From Octopus sinensis (taxonomy: Eukaryota), in NCBI RefSeq assembly GCF_006345805.1, contig NC_043012.1, positions 18,848,001-18,912,000 of the forward strand: 64,000 nucleotides of DNA, in the 5' to 3' direction. Positions within the stretch are counted from its first letter, which is position 1. Each line of letters opens with the position of its first letter. Below are positions 27,479 to 41,909 of the stretch, in pieces. The position numbers were made by a program, and so were the translations under genes. A model generated the notes under the pieces. It was not told the DNA's origin, made no database searches, and was given only the letters and a program-made list of their open reading frames with translations.

Positions 27479-28880
27479 TATTTCATTATAAATATCCGGT
27501 GTGCGTGTTTGTGTGTATACATTCTGTAGCCACACAGACACATATATGCACACTTGTATTTATAGATATCTATATTAATATTTTATTATAAATGTTGCAT
27601 GTTTCTTAATTTCTTGCTCTTACTAACACAATAATATTTATAGCTAATAGTAATTCTGTAAAACAATACTGGTTTTCATTGAATTAACATTCAGTCTAAT
27701 TAAAGTTAACAACACGAAGATATAAATAGGATATTCTTTTATTCGGGGTTTAATGATATCTTATACAGGACATTAGCCTCAATAACAATATAATGGTTGA
27801 CGGATTTAGATTATGGTCGAACGTACTTTAATAATTGAAATTTCGAACATTAAGCGTTAGTAACTGTATATTGATTGGGCAACAATCCTTAATCTTATTG
27901 CCGACAATTGTTTCCTGATAGTATTTACAGACATAATGCGACAGTTGTTCTAAGATATGTTAAATGACACAGAAACAATTTCGGTAGTATTAAAAAACCC
28001 CACCTATCCACATATAACTTTTAGTTTATTTCCTAAGAGATGCAGTTGTAGACAGAAGAAAATGGAGGAGTATTGATTGACTGAAACATCAAAACTTTTG
28101 TAAACTAAGCTAAAATAAAAGGCATTCTCGTTGCTTGGAAATTTTACGAGAAGTGTATATACATGTGGATTTCTCGAAATATTGTCTTCAAAAGTAAATG
28201 CTGAATTACTTTTGATATTAATATGATATACAATGATTGATTTACTCCTGTTGATCACATTCATTTAAATTGATATATATTAATTGAAATTTAGACAAGA
28301 TTAATGCGGCGTATTTGAATGGTTTCAGACAATACACTCGTTAATTCTAATGCGTGCAATGATATTTTAAGCATTTGTTAGTCTTTGATTTTCTTTTAGA
28401 ATAAACCAGACTTAGTAGAGTTGATAAAACTCAAGAGAGTATATAGATATCAGTGCGTCAGACCATTGCAAAGAAATAAACAATCGGAGATACACACCTC
28501 TTTCCACGAAATTGTCGGTTGCAACATTTATGTTTATTGCACCATGGTGGGTGCATAATGTATATGTTAGAAAATTCATTTTGGCAATAGTGATCTTATA
28601 GTATTTCCACATAAAGATGTTTTTTGTTGCTTTAGCATAGTGGTCGATTACCTCATTTGCTATTTTTACCCGGATTTACTCTATAGATACATAAAGCACA
28701 TGAACCTACATAACACCGGATAAATATCTATTTTAGATAACGCTTGAGGTCTAATTATTATTTACATTGCTTAGCTTAACTTCTTAGTAGCCATTCTGTA
28801 TAGAGTTACCCAATTTCCATACTTGTTGCTATTAAACATTATAATTTTACATACAATTTCCTAGTTTTCTCACACACACA

Positions 28881-28929
<49 letters not shown>

Positions 28930-29763
28930 ACAATCTCTCAATCTATCTAGCTATATATATTTATATATATAATATATATATCTAGTCTCTATCTCTCCCT
29001 CCATTCCTCTCTTTCTTTCTCTCTCTATCTATATAATATATATATAATATATATATAAAGGCTACATGCATAGTTAGTGTTTTGAAACTTGGTTGGTATA
29101 TTGCTATATCTTGTGTCTATAAGAATTTTGTTTAGTTATGATCTTAAGTAGATATATACCAAAATGCATAAGGGACTCTGGAAGATTCTCACATATGATC
29201 TCACTCAAGACTTATTTATTCAACTGATTCTTCTAGTATTGGCATATTCCATTGCTTTCAATGACCCAGTTACATTCACTACTTGATTAATTGAACGTAA
29301 ATATGTTTTTGTTCAATTTCAGATGAATATTTCCCGTTATAATTATGTTACGATTTTCAATCATGAAGCTGCTGTTATCTTTCCCCACCGCGTTCAAGCT
29401 TTTGTTAAATCGATTGTATCGATTACAAGTTCTATTAAGTGATCGCATCGCCCCGCCTCAGATATATAGGTCTATATTTGTTTTTCCTTGGTAGCGGCAT
29501 AAGACGCACAAACGAAAAGTCGCATTCTTGTATAAGAAATGATAGATGGTAGTTAGGTATATAATATTCGTCACAAACGCTTTTACCACTATAAGATCCA
29601 GAAAAAGGTATTGTGAAAAACATACTTAAAATATGGTAACTAAAAGACAGGGAAATCCAGTTAGTGTGTTGTGTTTTCTCTTGTAGAATCAAACATCTTT
29701 CGACAATTATTTAGGAATCTTTTTCTGCTAAAAGTTTTATATATGATATATATATATATATAC

Positions 29764-29798
<35 letters not shown>

Positions 29799-30360
29799 GC
29801 GAGAGAGATAGGGAGAGAGAGAGAGAGGGAGAGAGAGAGAGAGGGAGAGAGAGAGAGAGAGACAAAAGAACTGTTAACTTGGCATGACCAGTTGAAAATC
29901 CTAGGCTTTGCATGCAGTGCTTCGTGAAGCAAGTTGATAGGAGATTAATGAATGGAGCACTGTAATTTTACATCTAAGTACAAAAAAAAAGGAAAAAAGA
30001 AAAACATTTGATTTCTCTTCTTTCAAATGTTTCCCTAAAGAAGTACTGTATCTGAACTGTAACGAAGTACTGTTTCTACCCCTCATCGCATGTTCAATGT
30101 AATAATTTATTGATGTTACCGCATACCATAAATCTTGCCAACACAATATATATATATATATATATATATACAACAAAATTAGAGAATGGAGAAACATACT
30201 TAAATCAATAAAACATCAACTATCCGATGATACCCAATCAATACTTTAATACGCCATTACATATGAGAAAGGCATTATACAAAATGAGATATACAGTAAT
30301 AGTAAAAAGATAAAGAGATATAAGTAAAAAATTTCAAATATAATATGCAATTAAATCAAA

Positions 30361-30470
30361 ACTGACAGCTGTTTCGGCAGTGAGGGCAGTCATACCTCAT
30401 TTAACCTCTAAGCCATAAAGGCAGGTATAATGAGGCATTAACAAGGATGCCCCACGGCCTCTTCAGAGAA
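30361..30470 (-). ncRNA. type I hammerhead ribozyme with greatly extended stem II
   Basis: Minus strand ct-CTGAAGA-GGC...GCC-GAAAC-AGCT-GTC-ag. Intact core, palindromic ACAGCTGT stem III, and nested helices gtggggca/tgccctcac, atgcctcatt/aatgaggtat, acct/aggt. Confidence 0.75.
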
Positions 30471-30805
30471 TTAATTAAATTTGTTATAATTGTGAAAAAT
30501 ATTATATAACCATATACATATAAATATAAAATATAAAAATGTAAAATATAAAAACTTATATATCATAATGCTACACTTATATAATATAATACTCATTGGT
30601 ACAATAAAGGAAGGTAACAGAACAAAATAAAACAAAATATATATCAGTGTATATATTAATATTAATAAGTACCGATATTATACATATTTGGCTAATAGTT
30701 TTTCTAAAAAAACTAACACATAGGGAGATGAAAAATAATAATTAAAACCATGGTTCAGTTCATAAAATTCTAAAGCTATGAAAGTTAATAAAAATTACTA
30801 TTAAT

Positions 30806-30807
<2 letters not shown>

Positions 30808-30887
<80 letters not shown>
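30808..30887. repeat. (TAA)n microsatellite
   Basis: Direct observation. Confidence 0.95.
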
Positions 30888-31874
30888 GATACAGTTAAGT
30901 TTGCACCAAGTGCATCCTTTCAAGATCGAAATAACTATGAGTTATATATATATATATATACTGAGTAATTGGACAGGTGTATACTAAGTATTTGCTGCTC
31001 TTCGTTTTGCTTCTTTTCCCTATAGTTGCTTGTATAAATCTGTGTATGTAATATGGCATGATTTGCAATCGAAACGTCAAATGACCAAGCATCCCTATGA
31101 CCTAGCGTATAGTTCGCTTGCCCTTCACATTTAAGCGACTGTAGCATATGCAGATTTCATTATTTCTTAAAATTACTACTGCCAAGATCCGCTTTTATTT
31201 CAGTGCAGATCACAGATTTCATATGAGTAAAAGATAATGAAACGTTTATCTCTTTTGCCCCAAGTTTGTCACACAGTTCACGACATTAAATAAGGTCAAG
31301 TATATCATGTCTTCTCTCGCTCATAGCTAGAAACATTTCTTTTCAAGGGCGAAAATATATCTGTAATTCGTCTGGCAATATTCACAATATCTGGAAAATA
31401 AATACTTTAAAGACATCAAGGCCGGTTTTCATCATACCATTTGTAGGAATCCGTTCTGATCTAAAGAGACGAATTCTTGACTAGGAAGGAATATCTCCAA
31501 AATCCTCTTAAAGGCAAGTATACGAATGTTACCTATGGGGGTTTAAGACATCGCATGGTTTGAACGCTAAAGCAAAGAGATGATTTATAGATGCGTTTAC
31601 CCCCGCCATAATACGTTTGCTTAGGAAGCTTTCCTTTGCTACAGTTGTTTTACTGATCCCCATGCTATATCTCACGTATTCGGTTAGAGAATTTCAGACT
31701 ATAGTAGAGGATCAAAAGCGACGTTGATGTAATTGGCTGCGATACACTAAATGAAATTGCAGACTTATAAATTCTAATGGTTAACAGAGCTATCTGATAG
31801 GACATATGTACACACACATATATACATACATACATACATGCATACATATATACATACATATATATATATATATA

Positions 31875-32261
31875 TCTCTCTCTATATAAACGGCAGTTTG
31901 TCTGTGCGTGTTTCTGTGTGTCTGTTTGCTTGTACCCTCACCCTGACCACGGCTTTCAACCGATTCTGATGAAACTTGACACACACATAGCCCAATGTCA
32001 TAATTCAAAACTAACGCAGTGAAAATTTTGAAAAGTTCCCCCAGTTCTGAAAAAAAATCGATAAATTCGACATGGGGTCGAGAATCAGAAACCCAAACCA
32101 CAGACCGTCTAGGGGACGCAACTCCACCTTTTTTAACTCTCAAAAAAAAATTTACCATCATTTTTTTTCCATTTTTTTGCTATTTTTTGGCTATAACTCT
32201 CTAAAAATGCTTTATAGTTATTTCCCTTACAAACCTGAGCAACGCCGGGCGATACTGCTAG
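31875..32261 (+). mobile_element. non-autonomous Helitron
   Basis: A|TC start, CTAG|T end and a subterminal hairpin. The last ~115 bp are nearly identical to the 3' end of 1976-2371. Confidence 0.85.
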
Positions 32262-32264
32262 TAC

Positions 32265-32319
<55 letters not shown>

Positions 32320-35300
32320 CACACATACACTTGTGTATACAAACAAGCAAAAGTAAACAAATATGCACTCCTTTCGCGCACACAGGAATACATCATATAT
32401 ATACATGTATATATGTATATATATATATATGTATATATATATAATATATATGTGTGTGTGTTGTGTGTGTGTGGTGTGTGTGTGTGTGTGTATGTGTGTG
32501 TGCGTGTGTGTGTGTGTGTATTCATCGACACAGACAGCCTTCGAAACTGATTTCGCCTTGAAATTGAAATTTAGGAATTCGTATGTTTTATAATTTTGCT
32601 CAAACTTCTAAATTAAACAATTCACCAATAAACTTTGCCGCTCACACGGTCAGAAATAGTCCAGTTGAAGATGCTATGAACTAGTTTGAACTAATTTTCT
32701 AACATCCTGTGTGGAAGTAACAGCTAATAAAATATACTTACAGTTATGGAATTGCATTTATTGTAATCGAGTATACACTATTAACTGCTTACTGGTACGA
32801 ACGTATTATTTACTGTTACAATTGAAACTCTATCGTTGCGGGAGGTGAGGAAAATATGTTGAACTCTTTTAAAATATATTGTTAATGGTATTCTCGCACT
32901 CTTTCTATAATACTAAACTGATTAGTAGACCTTTCAACTATTCAAAATCTAACACATTCTACGCGTTCTATTATTCCTTTGATCTTCTACTCAGAGATTT
33001 ATATTTGTACGTTTGTTGTAAAGGCAGGAAATTATTTCAAATTTAACCGATATACCATTATATCTGTTAGAGTCTAGACAACGTTAAAAGTTAATTTAGT
33101 TTCAACGCAATATATAGATATTATTGTACATATTGAATTCGTTAGCATTAACACCACACGTGATACTGAAATATGATAGATTTATTAAAGTATTTTATCG
33201 GCTTAAACTATACGAGTCGTTTCAGGAGTTTTAAATTATTATTCTCGATTCATAATACCGGTTTTCTATGAGAACAAAAACACCAGGTATACTTCTACCA
33301 CAACGATTACGGTAACCTATTGAAATCATTTTGCTATAAAGAGAATATCCTATTTGGATAATGCGGTGTATCTGGTATGTAGTTGGCAATTAGTATACTG
33401 AGTTTCTGGCAATATATGTAATACTAACAGATAGACAGCAATTTTTCTTAAAAATCAAATACATATAATTGTTATATTTTACTCTATTCTATTTTATAAC
33501 ATCGTTCTTTTATATATGAAACAACGATGAAATTTTTTTTTTCAACCTGTTAATTTGTACGTTATTCTAATTTTCAATATTCCAAATACTCGAATCCATA
33601 ACAACATGTCCGTTTCTTTATACCATTGTCAGTGATTCCCTTGCTGTATCCATACAAAAAGAGCAAAATCTGGTTGCTTAAAACTTATCATAAAATCTGA
33701 CTTCCTCATTGTGAATGTGAGATATTTTTCAACTTTTTTTTTCATATATTTCCTATTGCGTCGTTCTGTAACAATTAAGACGAATGCCTAATACCAAGGT
33801 CCTCTGAAACACAATGCCATTTTCATTAGGAGATGAAAGTAAAATACCCTACAAATGAAGAATGAACATACTTAATTGAACATCGATATTGAAAATAACA
33901 TCATCAGACAAAGTATTACACCGCAAAATTACAAGCATATAATCAAATGTGTATTGTATTTGTGTTGGGTAATTAAACTAATTACGATAGTACATTCAAT
34001 ACACAATCTATGCATATTTAATTCTTCAAATGCACTGATAAGTTGACACGAAGATACTTATTTACATCACAATGAAGTGCTTATCATTCAGTACTCGAAA
34101 ATGATTTTCCTATAAGGGGATATATCGTTTGTTTACTTGCTAGCCATAGAAACATTTTAGGCTGCAATAATTGTTAACTTCTTGATTTTCCAAATAATCA
34201 ACACATGATTTCTGGAAGCTAACTTGTTCCATTACGGTCGTGTTCATTGCTAATGTATCAGCACACATGACACTAAAAAACCTCATACAACTTCAACAAT
34301 ATCATGAAACGAATTTCATTTGTTTTTAGTGAATAATGTTCGTTACAACCACTACCACCCCAAACATGCAGGAAACGCCCGGAGACTGCTCTCAAAAAGG
34401 ATATACGCCTACGAGTTATTGCCTTTCCCTGCTTCACCTTCAAGCACAAATCATGATGTTTAAAACAGAACTTTATGATGATGTAAGATGTAATAGACAT
34501 GCCTTGAGCACCACCCAATAATGCGATCTTGCTAAGCAAAAATACGTGGGTAGAATATTCTTAGTAGTTTAGTATTTCCATCGATAAGTTTCTCCCGGTT
34601 TTTTTTTCTCCATTACCTATTTAGAATCTCACGTATTAGGTGTTGGTGTAATGCGCAGCGATAAAACGCAAACTAAAGAAGGTTGCTTCCTGTATAACTA
34701 GTTATGAATTTTAATATATTGAGTTAAAAATGATAGCAACATTAAATAAGCGAAAGTGAATTATTCATTCTCCTCTGTTAAAATTATAGAGCAACCTTTG
34801 TCATTTTACAACATTTTAGTGAACAAATAGCATATATTGATTTTACTATTCCATAGCCATTGGCATTAGACTAAGTTTTATCGATTTTCAGTGATTTTAT
34901 CGAATTCAAGAACAATGTCTAATGACACGATTTCTCAAATTTAAGAATAATATTGGGCTGAGAATTCTATACTAGGTTGCATGCATTCTTAACAGTTATA
35001 TTTCCTATAGGCAGCTGTAGTTTACATAGCTACTTTCAAGAAAATTTTGCCTTAGCTAGAAACTTCTTTTCTATAAGGAGATTACGTGTACACTGGCATT
35101 CTTTGGGGATTATATTAATCTTTTCGATTTAGAAAAGATTATTCTTTTGTTCTATTGACAACTGCATGCGTTGCGCTTTGAAGATCATCGTTGTGTAAAA
35201 CGTAAGACAAAGACTGCCAAAAGTTACAATACAGATTCTAAAAAGGATGTTTTCAAAACGCTTGTTCTTACGATTCATTATTATTTTAATATTGTTTAAA

Positions 35301-36473
35301 TTATCGCTAAAAATAAATTTCATTCTTCTGACTTTTATTGTTTTCAGTTTGTTTTCCAGTTGCACATGATATTGTAAGTCTGCCGAACAACATATTTTCA
35401 TTGCCTACTAAGGATGAAATAAAAAATAAATTTTATAATATGAAGAACAAAATAAATTTATAGCAGTTCTTATAAATGTGATTGTATTTTATTTTCAAAT
35501 CAAATAGTATTCGTGGGACATAAATTTCCTTAATTATCTGTGTATTCGATAACTTTTGTCTCACAAGATTTTATAAGTTATTTACTTTAGTTTCTATGGA
35601 GAAAATATCTATTTATGCGATTTCAAAATGATTTATGCTAGGTTGTGTGTCAATACCACGCTCCCCATCCACTACAGCACAAGCACTCTGACCAACGACG
35701 CAATCACACAAGCAAACACAGAATGATAAACATTAACACAAAAATAAAAAAACGCAATAATATTTTTTTTTTAAATGAGCACATAATCTCGAAATTAACA
35801 ATCATCATTGTAAAAAATGCTGTGCTCTTTATAAATAACACAAGAATCAAACGTTTAAAACGTTCAAAAAGAAAGGCGTTTTAACGAAAATATATATCAT
35901 TCATACCAGCCCAAAAAGGTCCTCATATTTACGAAGAACTCGAAGAGAATCCTAAACGGGAATTTCCAAAATGATGCGGAAAACTTTAAAAAATGAAGAG
36001 AATCCCACTGAATGTTTACGAAGACCAAATTGACCAGACTTCTCGAAATCAGCATGAGTACCATCTCTAACTGTAATTTTTCAGACCAATGTGTACTTAG
36101 TCAGTGTAGGAAATATAAATATAAACAGTCTGCGGTCCTCTGAGAAGCAAGGTAAGCTGGAGTTTCGGGTTAGCATAATAACTATTAATGTAGCAAGAGA
36201 AAACTATCAGTGTAGAAAGAGAAAGAATTTTCGACAAGCACACAATTGTGCTTGTGTCAGACTCTTACGATTAATACACACATCTTACCGACCTGTGATC
36301 TGAAAGAGAAGTAACAGTAATGTTCTGAAAGATGTGGAACACGAGGTTAGGAAGATTTTCTTAGTTCGGGGATATAAGTCAGTAGTCCTAGATATGTATA
36401 ACAGCGAAGCCGGTGGTTTCCTACTGGTAGCTTTCAATGCTACGCCAGGAGTACTAATGTTTATCTAGTGGTT

Positions 36474-36624
36474 TCTGGAAGAGTTCTTCCAAATATGCTC
36501 CTCTTTAGCAGAAATGGGTGAAGGGGACGTCATATTGGAAACATTATAGTAATGTGTAAATCTAGTAGGTATAGGAGGTGTCAAATCCTCACAAATTGAT
36601 TCACATATGGCAGATGTTTGGCAG
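36474..36624. repeat. direct repeat copy 1 (copy 2 at ~37394-37540)
   Basis: ttcttccaaatatg.tcctctttagcag...gatgtttggca is present twice with scattered substitutions. Confidence 0.9.
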
Positions 36625-36839
36625 GTCCCCTCTTGATATTTTGATTATACGTTATTGGGCTCAAAGTAGCCATGTCAAATAATCTACACAGGTTAGCCAT
36701 TTAGGACAGTAAACAGGGTCTATCAAATGCAAAATGTTTTGGGGTCTAATGAGTACGAAGAAAGTAGAATCTTTTTAGCTTTGCTTAGAAGATAGCAGTA
36801 CATAAATATATATCACTGGGAATATTAGAAAGCGTATTA

Positions 36840-37320
36840 GAATATGAGATGACAGATGGGCATCACCACACAATTTCTTCAGTGCAAAATATGAATGTCC
36901 CTTTGTCAGTTACACGGTGCATGATTCAATATCTTATGATATAGAGAATGCTTCTGATATTGAATATATGCAAAAACATTATCAAAAGAAAATTGATGGA
37001 AATGTTCCCTCAAACATTTTACTAAACGCAGACACAAGAAGCCGGATATAAATGTTGGGACTTGGCAACAAAAGTTGTATACCATCGTAGAGATCGAATG
37101 CTCTGCCGATGTGAATATCTCTTCGAAAATGTAAGGCACGGAAGACAGCTGCAAACAACCGCCATAACGGGACAATAATTTCACACACCAATAACGATTG
37201 CTGCAAATACTTGAGTAAATGACCAATCATGAAAAGCTAGGGCTTCCAGGAAGACAAAAAAATCAATGATGTAACTCGTTTAATACAAATTGAAGCTGGA
37301 AGCATAAACAAAAATTATTC
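36840..37320 (+). mobile_element. 3' remnant of RLE-clade LINE (restriction-like endonuclease)
   Basis: KEN*WKCSLKHFTKRRHKKPDINVGTWQQKLYTIVEIECSADVNISSK matches HNxPDI...EISCPxDxN. Downstream EKLG...LIQIEA. Confidence 0.75.
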
Positions 37321-37572
37321 ACAAATTTTCTCAAGTTCAACGTGTGATATTGTTTTCTCAAAACATTTTAAATCGAGATCGATGTATCTTTGTTGGAGAT
37401 TCTTCCAAATATGTTCCTCTTTAGCAGTAATGGGTGAACGGGACGTCATATTGGAAACATTATAGTAATTTGTAAATCTAGTAAGTATAGGAGGTGTAAA
37501 TTCCTCACAAATAGATTCACATATTGAAGATGTTTGGCATGTAGATACATGCGCATTCCCACACATATAGAC

Positions 37573-37650
<78 letters not shown>

Positions 37651-37651
37651 G

Positions 37652-37751
37652 GAAGCTTATACGCAGGTAGACATGTGTATATTTACATAAATATACACAC
37701 ATACCATACACACGCGTACACACATACACACATACATACATACATACACCA

Positions 37752-37807
<56 letters not shown>

Positions 37808-37930
37808 TTTATATATATAGTGAAGCTTATACGCAGGTAGACTGTGTATATTTACATAAATATACACACATACCATACACACGCGTACACACATACACGC
37901 ATACAGACATACATTACACCAGACATATAT
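37652..37930. repeat. ~170-bp-period tandem duplication bounded by (TA)n
   Basis: gaagcttatacgcaggtagac...catacacacgcgtacacacatacac at 37652 and 37822. Confidence 0.9.
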
Positions 37931-37974
37931 ATATATATTTATATATATATACAGAGAGAGAGAGAGAGAGAGAG

Positions 37975-38029
<55 letters not shown>

Positions 38030-38094
38030 GATATATAGCGGTCAGGAAGCTGGCAGAAGAAATCGCTAGTGCGACTGTTTTACTGATGTTAACG

Positions 38095-38140
38095 AAGATA
38101 CCCAGAACGACCTGTCGAAACATGTGTCGCACTCAATAAA
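38095..38140 (+). ncRNA. degenerate hammerhead-like motif followed by AATAAA
   Basis: ccagaac-GAC-ct-GTC-GAAAC-ATGT-GTC-gcactc-AATAAA. The CTGAnGA box is decayed. Confidence 0.35.
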
Positions 38141-38294
38141 GTAGAATACACATTTCAACTTTTACTTTATTAATACTGTTACCACAATTGCCACTTCGAA
38201 GTTCCTGGAGTAAAGCTATGTATAAAAATAGATGACATAATCTGCACCTGTGCTTTATTTATCTATTTATGACTTTTGGATAATTTTTGCATTA

Positions 38295-38357
38295 TATACT
38301 CTTTTACTATTTTACTTGTTTCAGCCATTTGACTGCGGCCAAGCTGGACCACCGCCT
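38295..38357 (-). mobile_element. SINE type A tail fragment
   Basis: ttttacttgtttcagccatttgactgcggccaagctggaccaccgcctt. Confidence 0.8.
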
Positions 38358-38385
38358 TATATATATATATCTATATATATACATA

Positions 38386-38431
<46 letters not shown>

Positions 38432-38559
38432 TACATATATATATATGTATGTATGTATGTATGTATTATGTTTGTATGTATATGTGTGTGTGTGTGTGTA
38501 GTGTTTTATGTTTGTGTGCGTGTGTATGTGTGTGTGTGTGCACGCGAGTATGTATGTAG

Positions 38560-38900
38560 GTGTAGGTGTGTGTGTTTGTACTCATGTTTGTACCCCAGCT
38601 GAATGGTTCCGTGTTTAGTTTCACTGCATGGCATCTTGAGGGAGTGTATTTTTATTACTTTCGGATCGACCAAATCTTGTGAGTAGATTTTCTCGGCAGG
38701 AACTGAAATAAGCCCGCTGCAATGCAGAGATAAAACATAGCCTTAATTGAACGCAAGCACACACGCTCACTTATACAGACATCTATCTCTCTATCTATTT
38801 CTCTATCTATTTTTCTACCTATTTAAAAACACATATACATATGAAAATATGTCTTTGTCTCTGTGTTTGTCCTCTGCCACCGCTAGAAAACCGCTGTTTT
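38560..38900 (+). mobile_element. SINE type A, highly diverged
   Basis: atggttccgtgtttagtttcactgc...gaccaaatcttgtgagtagattt...gaactgaaataagcccg. Confidence 0.65.
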
Positions 38901-39739
38901 AAATTTGAAACATAAGTGGCGGATTATACAACCGTGAAGTAACATCCCAAAATTAAAGACCACCGAGTTTTAAAGCTGGCTCAGCGAAATTACAGACAAG
39001 GAAGTAGAAACATAGAAACAGGCAATCATGCATGCGCATGAGATTTTTCTCTTCTTTTAATTTTATGTGAGTCGTAGATCATTATTCACGAGATATCTCA
39101 AACCAAGCTGTCCTAACAGTTTCACAGATTCGAGATGGACATGTTATCTATAAGATGAACACACCTATATGAAAACCGATAATTTACCGATTGCTTCACA
39201 ATCTAAATCATGGAAATATGTGCTAGGAGCTCCGTTAAATATATCTCAACGAATCACAGCTCAGAGAAGCGGTTGCCGTTATATCAACAACGTGAGACAA
39301 AACCGAAAGAAAAACCACAAACGGTGTAGGTTTATGAAAAAGTGAGTGTTGAAAGCCGATATAAAAATGGTAAAAGGGGAGGTAATTGCATAAAACTAGA
39401 GTGTGTTTAATTTCATGAATTTTACTAGGACATACTGCAACATCTGAGGTTAAGATTGTGAGTGCTAATTTGGTTCATAGTTACACGAGAAAGAAAAATA
39501 CGTTTAATGAAATAGTTCGTCGCATTCGAGACATAAAGCAAAAGAATATAATAACACAATACAATTAATCCTTCGCGTAAAATAAGCCATTCTCCTCTAA
39601 GTGTGGTAGCCAAAAAGTAGATTACACACACTGGACTACGTGTGTCACCGTTTGTTTTTTATTTGTAAATTTCACTATATATATCTTTTGCGCTAGGAAG
39701 CCGTTATATAAATTAGTTAAGAAAGGTGAGAGTAAGAGT

Positions 39740-39828
39740 GAGTTTACGATCGTTTCTCTATAGCGTGCTGACGAAAATATGTATTTATACTTTTGCCTCG
39801 CTGCCAATGGTAGACATCATCAGAAAGA
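39740..39828 (-). ncRNA. hammerhead-ribozyme-like motif with long stem II
   Basis: Minus strand tt-CTGATGA-tgTCTA...AGCG...CGCT-a-TAGA-GAAAC-GATC-GTA-aa. Intact core and palindromic ACGATCGT stem III. Confidence 0.6.
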
Positions 39829-40440
39829 AGAAGTCAGAGATAGAGAAATGTGATAGGGAGTTCAATGATTCGAAAGTCTGACATTTTAGTTAGGTTCAGA
39901 GTCCGTTAAATCGATTGTGAGGTAGATCAAGAATAGAAGTTGGTTGAATGTCTCGTAGTCAGTTGTAAGCATGGCATCCCCGTGTCTGTGAGTTCGGGTA
40001 ATTTACCACCGGTGTTATGCAAGGGAGATAACTCTAATTAGGGATATCCGATGTGGATGTAAGGACCTATGTGTCAGTAAATTATAGGTTGTAGGCAGTT
40101 CGTGTATTTACAAAAGAAGCCGTTTGTAAGTGTAAAGTTGTAGCGTGTAGATAGACACATTGTCGTAATAATATTTAGTGATGAAGAGAATATATAAATC
40201 AAAGTACGGTTTACCTTTTAAATTACTTGCTGCCGTATACCTTATACAAGGAAACTATAATTACTGAGGTAATTACCAGGGGTGCCTTTGGATACATCTA
40301 TCCCTTATAGGGTTTAAAAACCTCATAAACCAGCACACACACATATATATACACACACATACATACATAGATGTAAGTAAAGCACAAGGTATACATATCT
40401 ACAAATCTACATATACATACATACACACACATACATATAT

Positions 40441-40545
<105 letters not shown>

Positions 40546-41550
40546 AGCGTATATAGATGCTATAGTTGCCTGTATATGAACGTGCGCGTATACATATGTA
40601 CGTACGCACGTGCTCGTCGTAAGTGTGAGTATATAGTTTTTGTAATTTGGGATGTCACACGTAAATAGGAATGGCTTCAAATTTCAGAGAAATTGCTTCA
40701 ATAATTATTATATTTGTTCGATATTTCTCTCGAATACAGTGAAGAAATTCATAAAATACACACACACACACACACACACACTAATACACACACGTATATA
40801 TATAGTGAGAGAGAGAGGGAGAAAAAATTATAGAAATATATGTATGTGTATAAACAGTATATTCACACGCATAGACATACATTCATACGTATATGTAAGC
40901 AGGTTTTAATGCATATGTATGGTCTGTATCCGCCTCTATGTTCATAGCCACTACCATATCGTCCATATTTATGTAGGAAATACCTCATAAGGATTTCTTG
41001 GCACGGATGTCAACTTTTATGGCGAAAATGCCGTGCATATCATTTTTTCAATCATTGTTCTATCCAATAGATTTATTATATATGAAAACGTAGATTTGGA
41101 ATCATATGAGCTTTAGTAACAAATCACTATATTGTGGCGATATCTCTATTTTATTACTGCAGAACAGGGAATATATGGAGGATTTTGCTATAGATATTCT
41201 TTTGTTACTACGAAATACCTGTTAACGCTGCATCAATGGCGAGTGTCGGTCGTATCCATATTATACGGTAAGATATCAGAGAAACATGTGCATTCTATAA
41301 ATATTCTCAATAGCAAATATATCACATCTGTTTCTAAATAATTTACAAGAGAATATGGATTTTTTTCATTTAGCACACTTGGCAATAAGGCCGTAGTTTT
41401 GCCTATAACATTCCCCCATGCTTACAAATTTGTACCGTATATGTATGTCATATGTAGGGAATATCTAAATATTTTAAACACATTTTCAAATCCGTAATCA
41501 CACAAATTTGTGAATATGCAATTGTGTAAATATGTGTGATACACATGCAT

Positions 41551-41631
<81 letters not shown>

Positions 41632-41909
41632 AATGCATAAACAATGCATATTTTTAAATTATGGAAACCAGATGGGAAAGCGTTAACGTGTATTAGGTGT
41701 TCCATGTTTAAATTCGACGAAGATGTACTTTTTAAAATTCGGATATAAAATTTCCGTTCCTGAAATTTATGCAGTTTTGGGAAGCTTTAGATTCTTTACA
41801 ATGTACATGGTTTGTCATAGACAACGCCCGGAAAACTATATACAAGACCAAACCCAATATTACCTGGTAAAAAAACATATTCTATGCGTTGTCTTCAAAA
41901 ATCTTTGCA

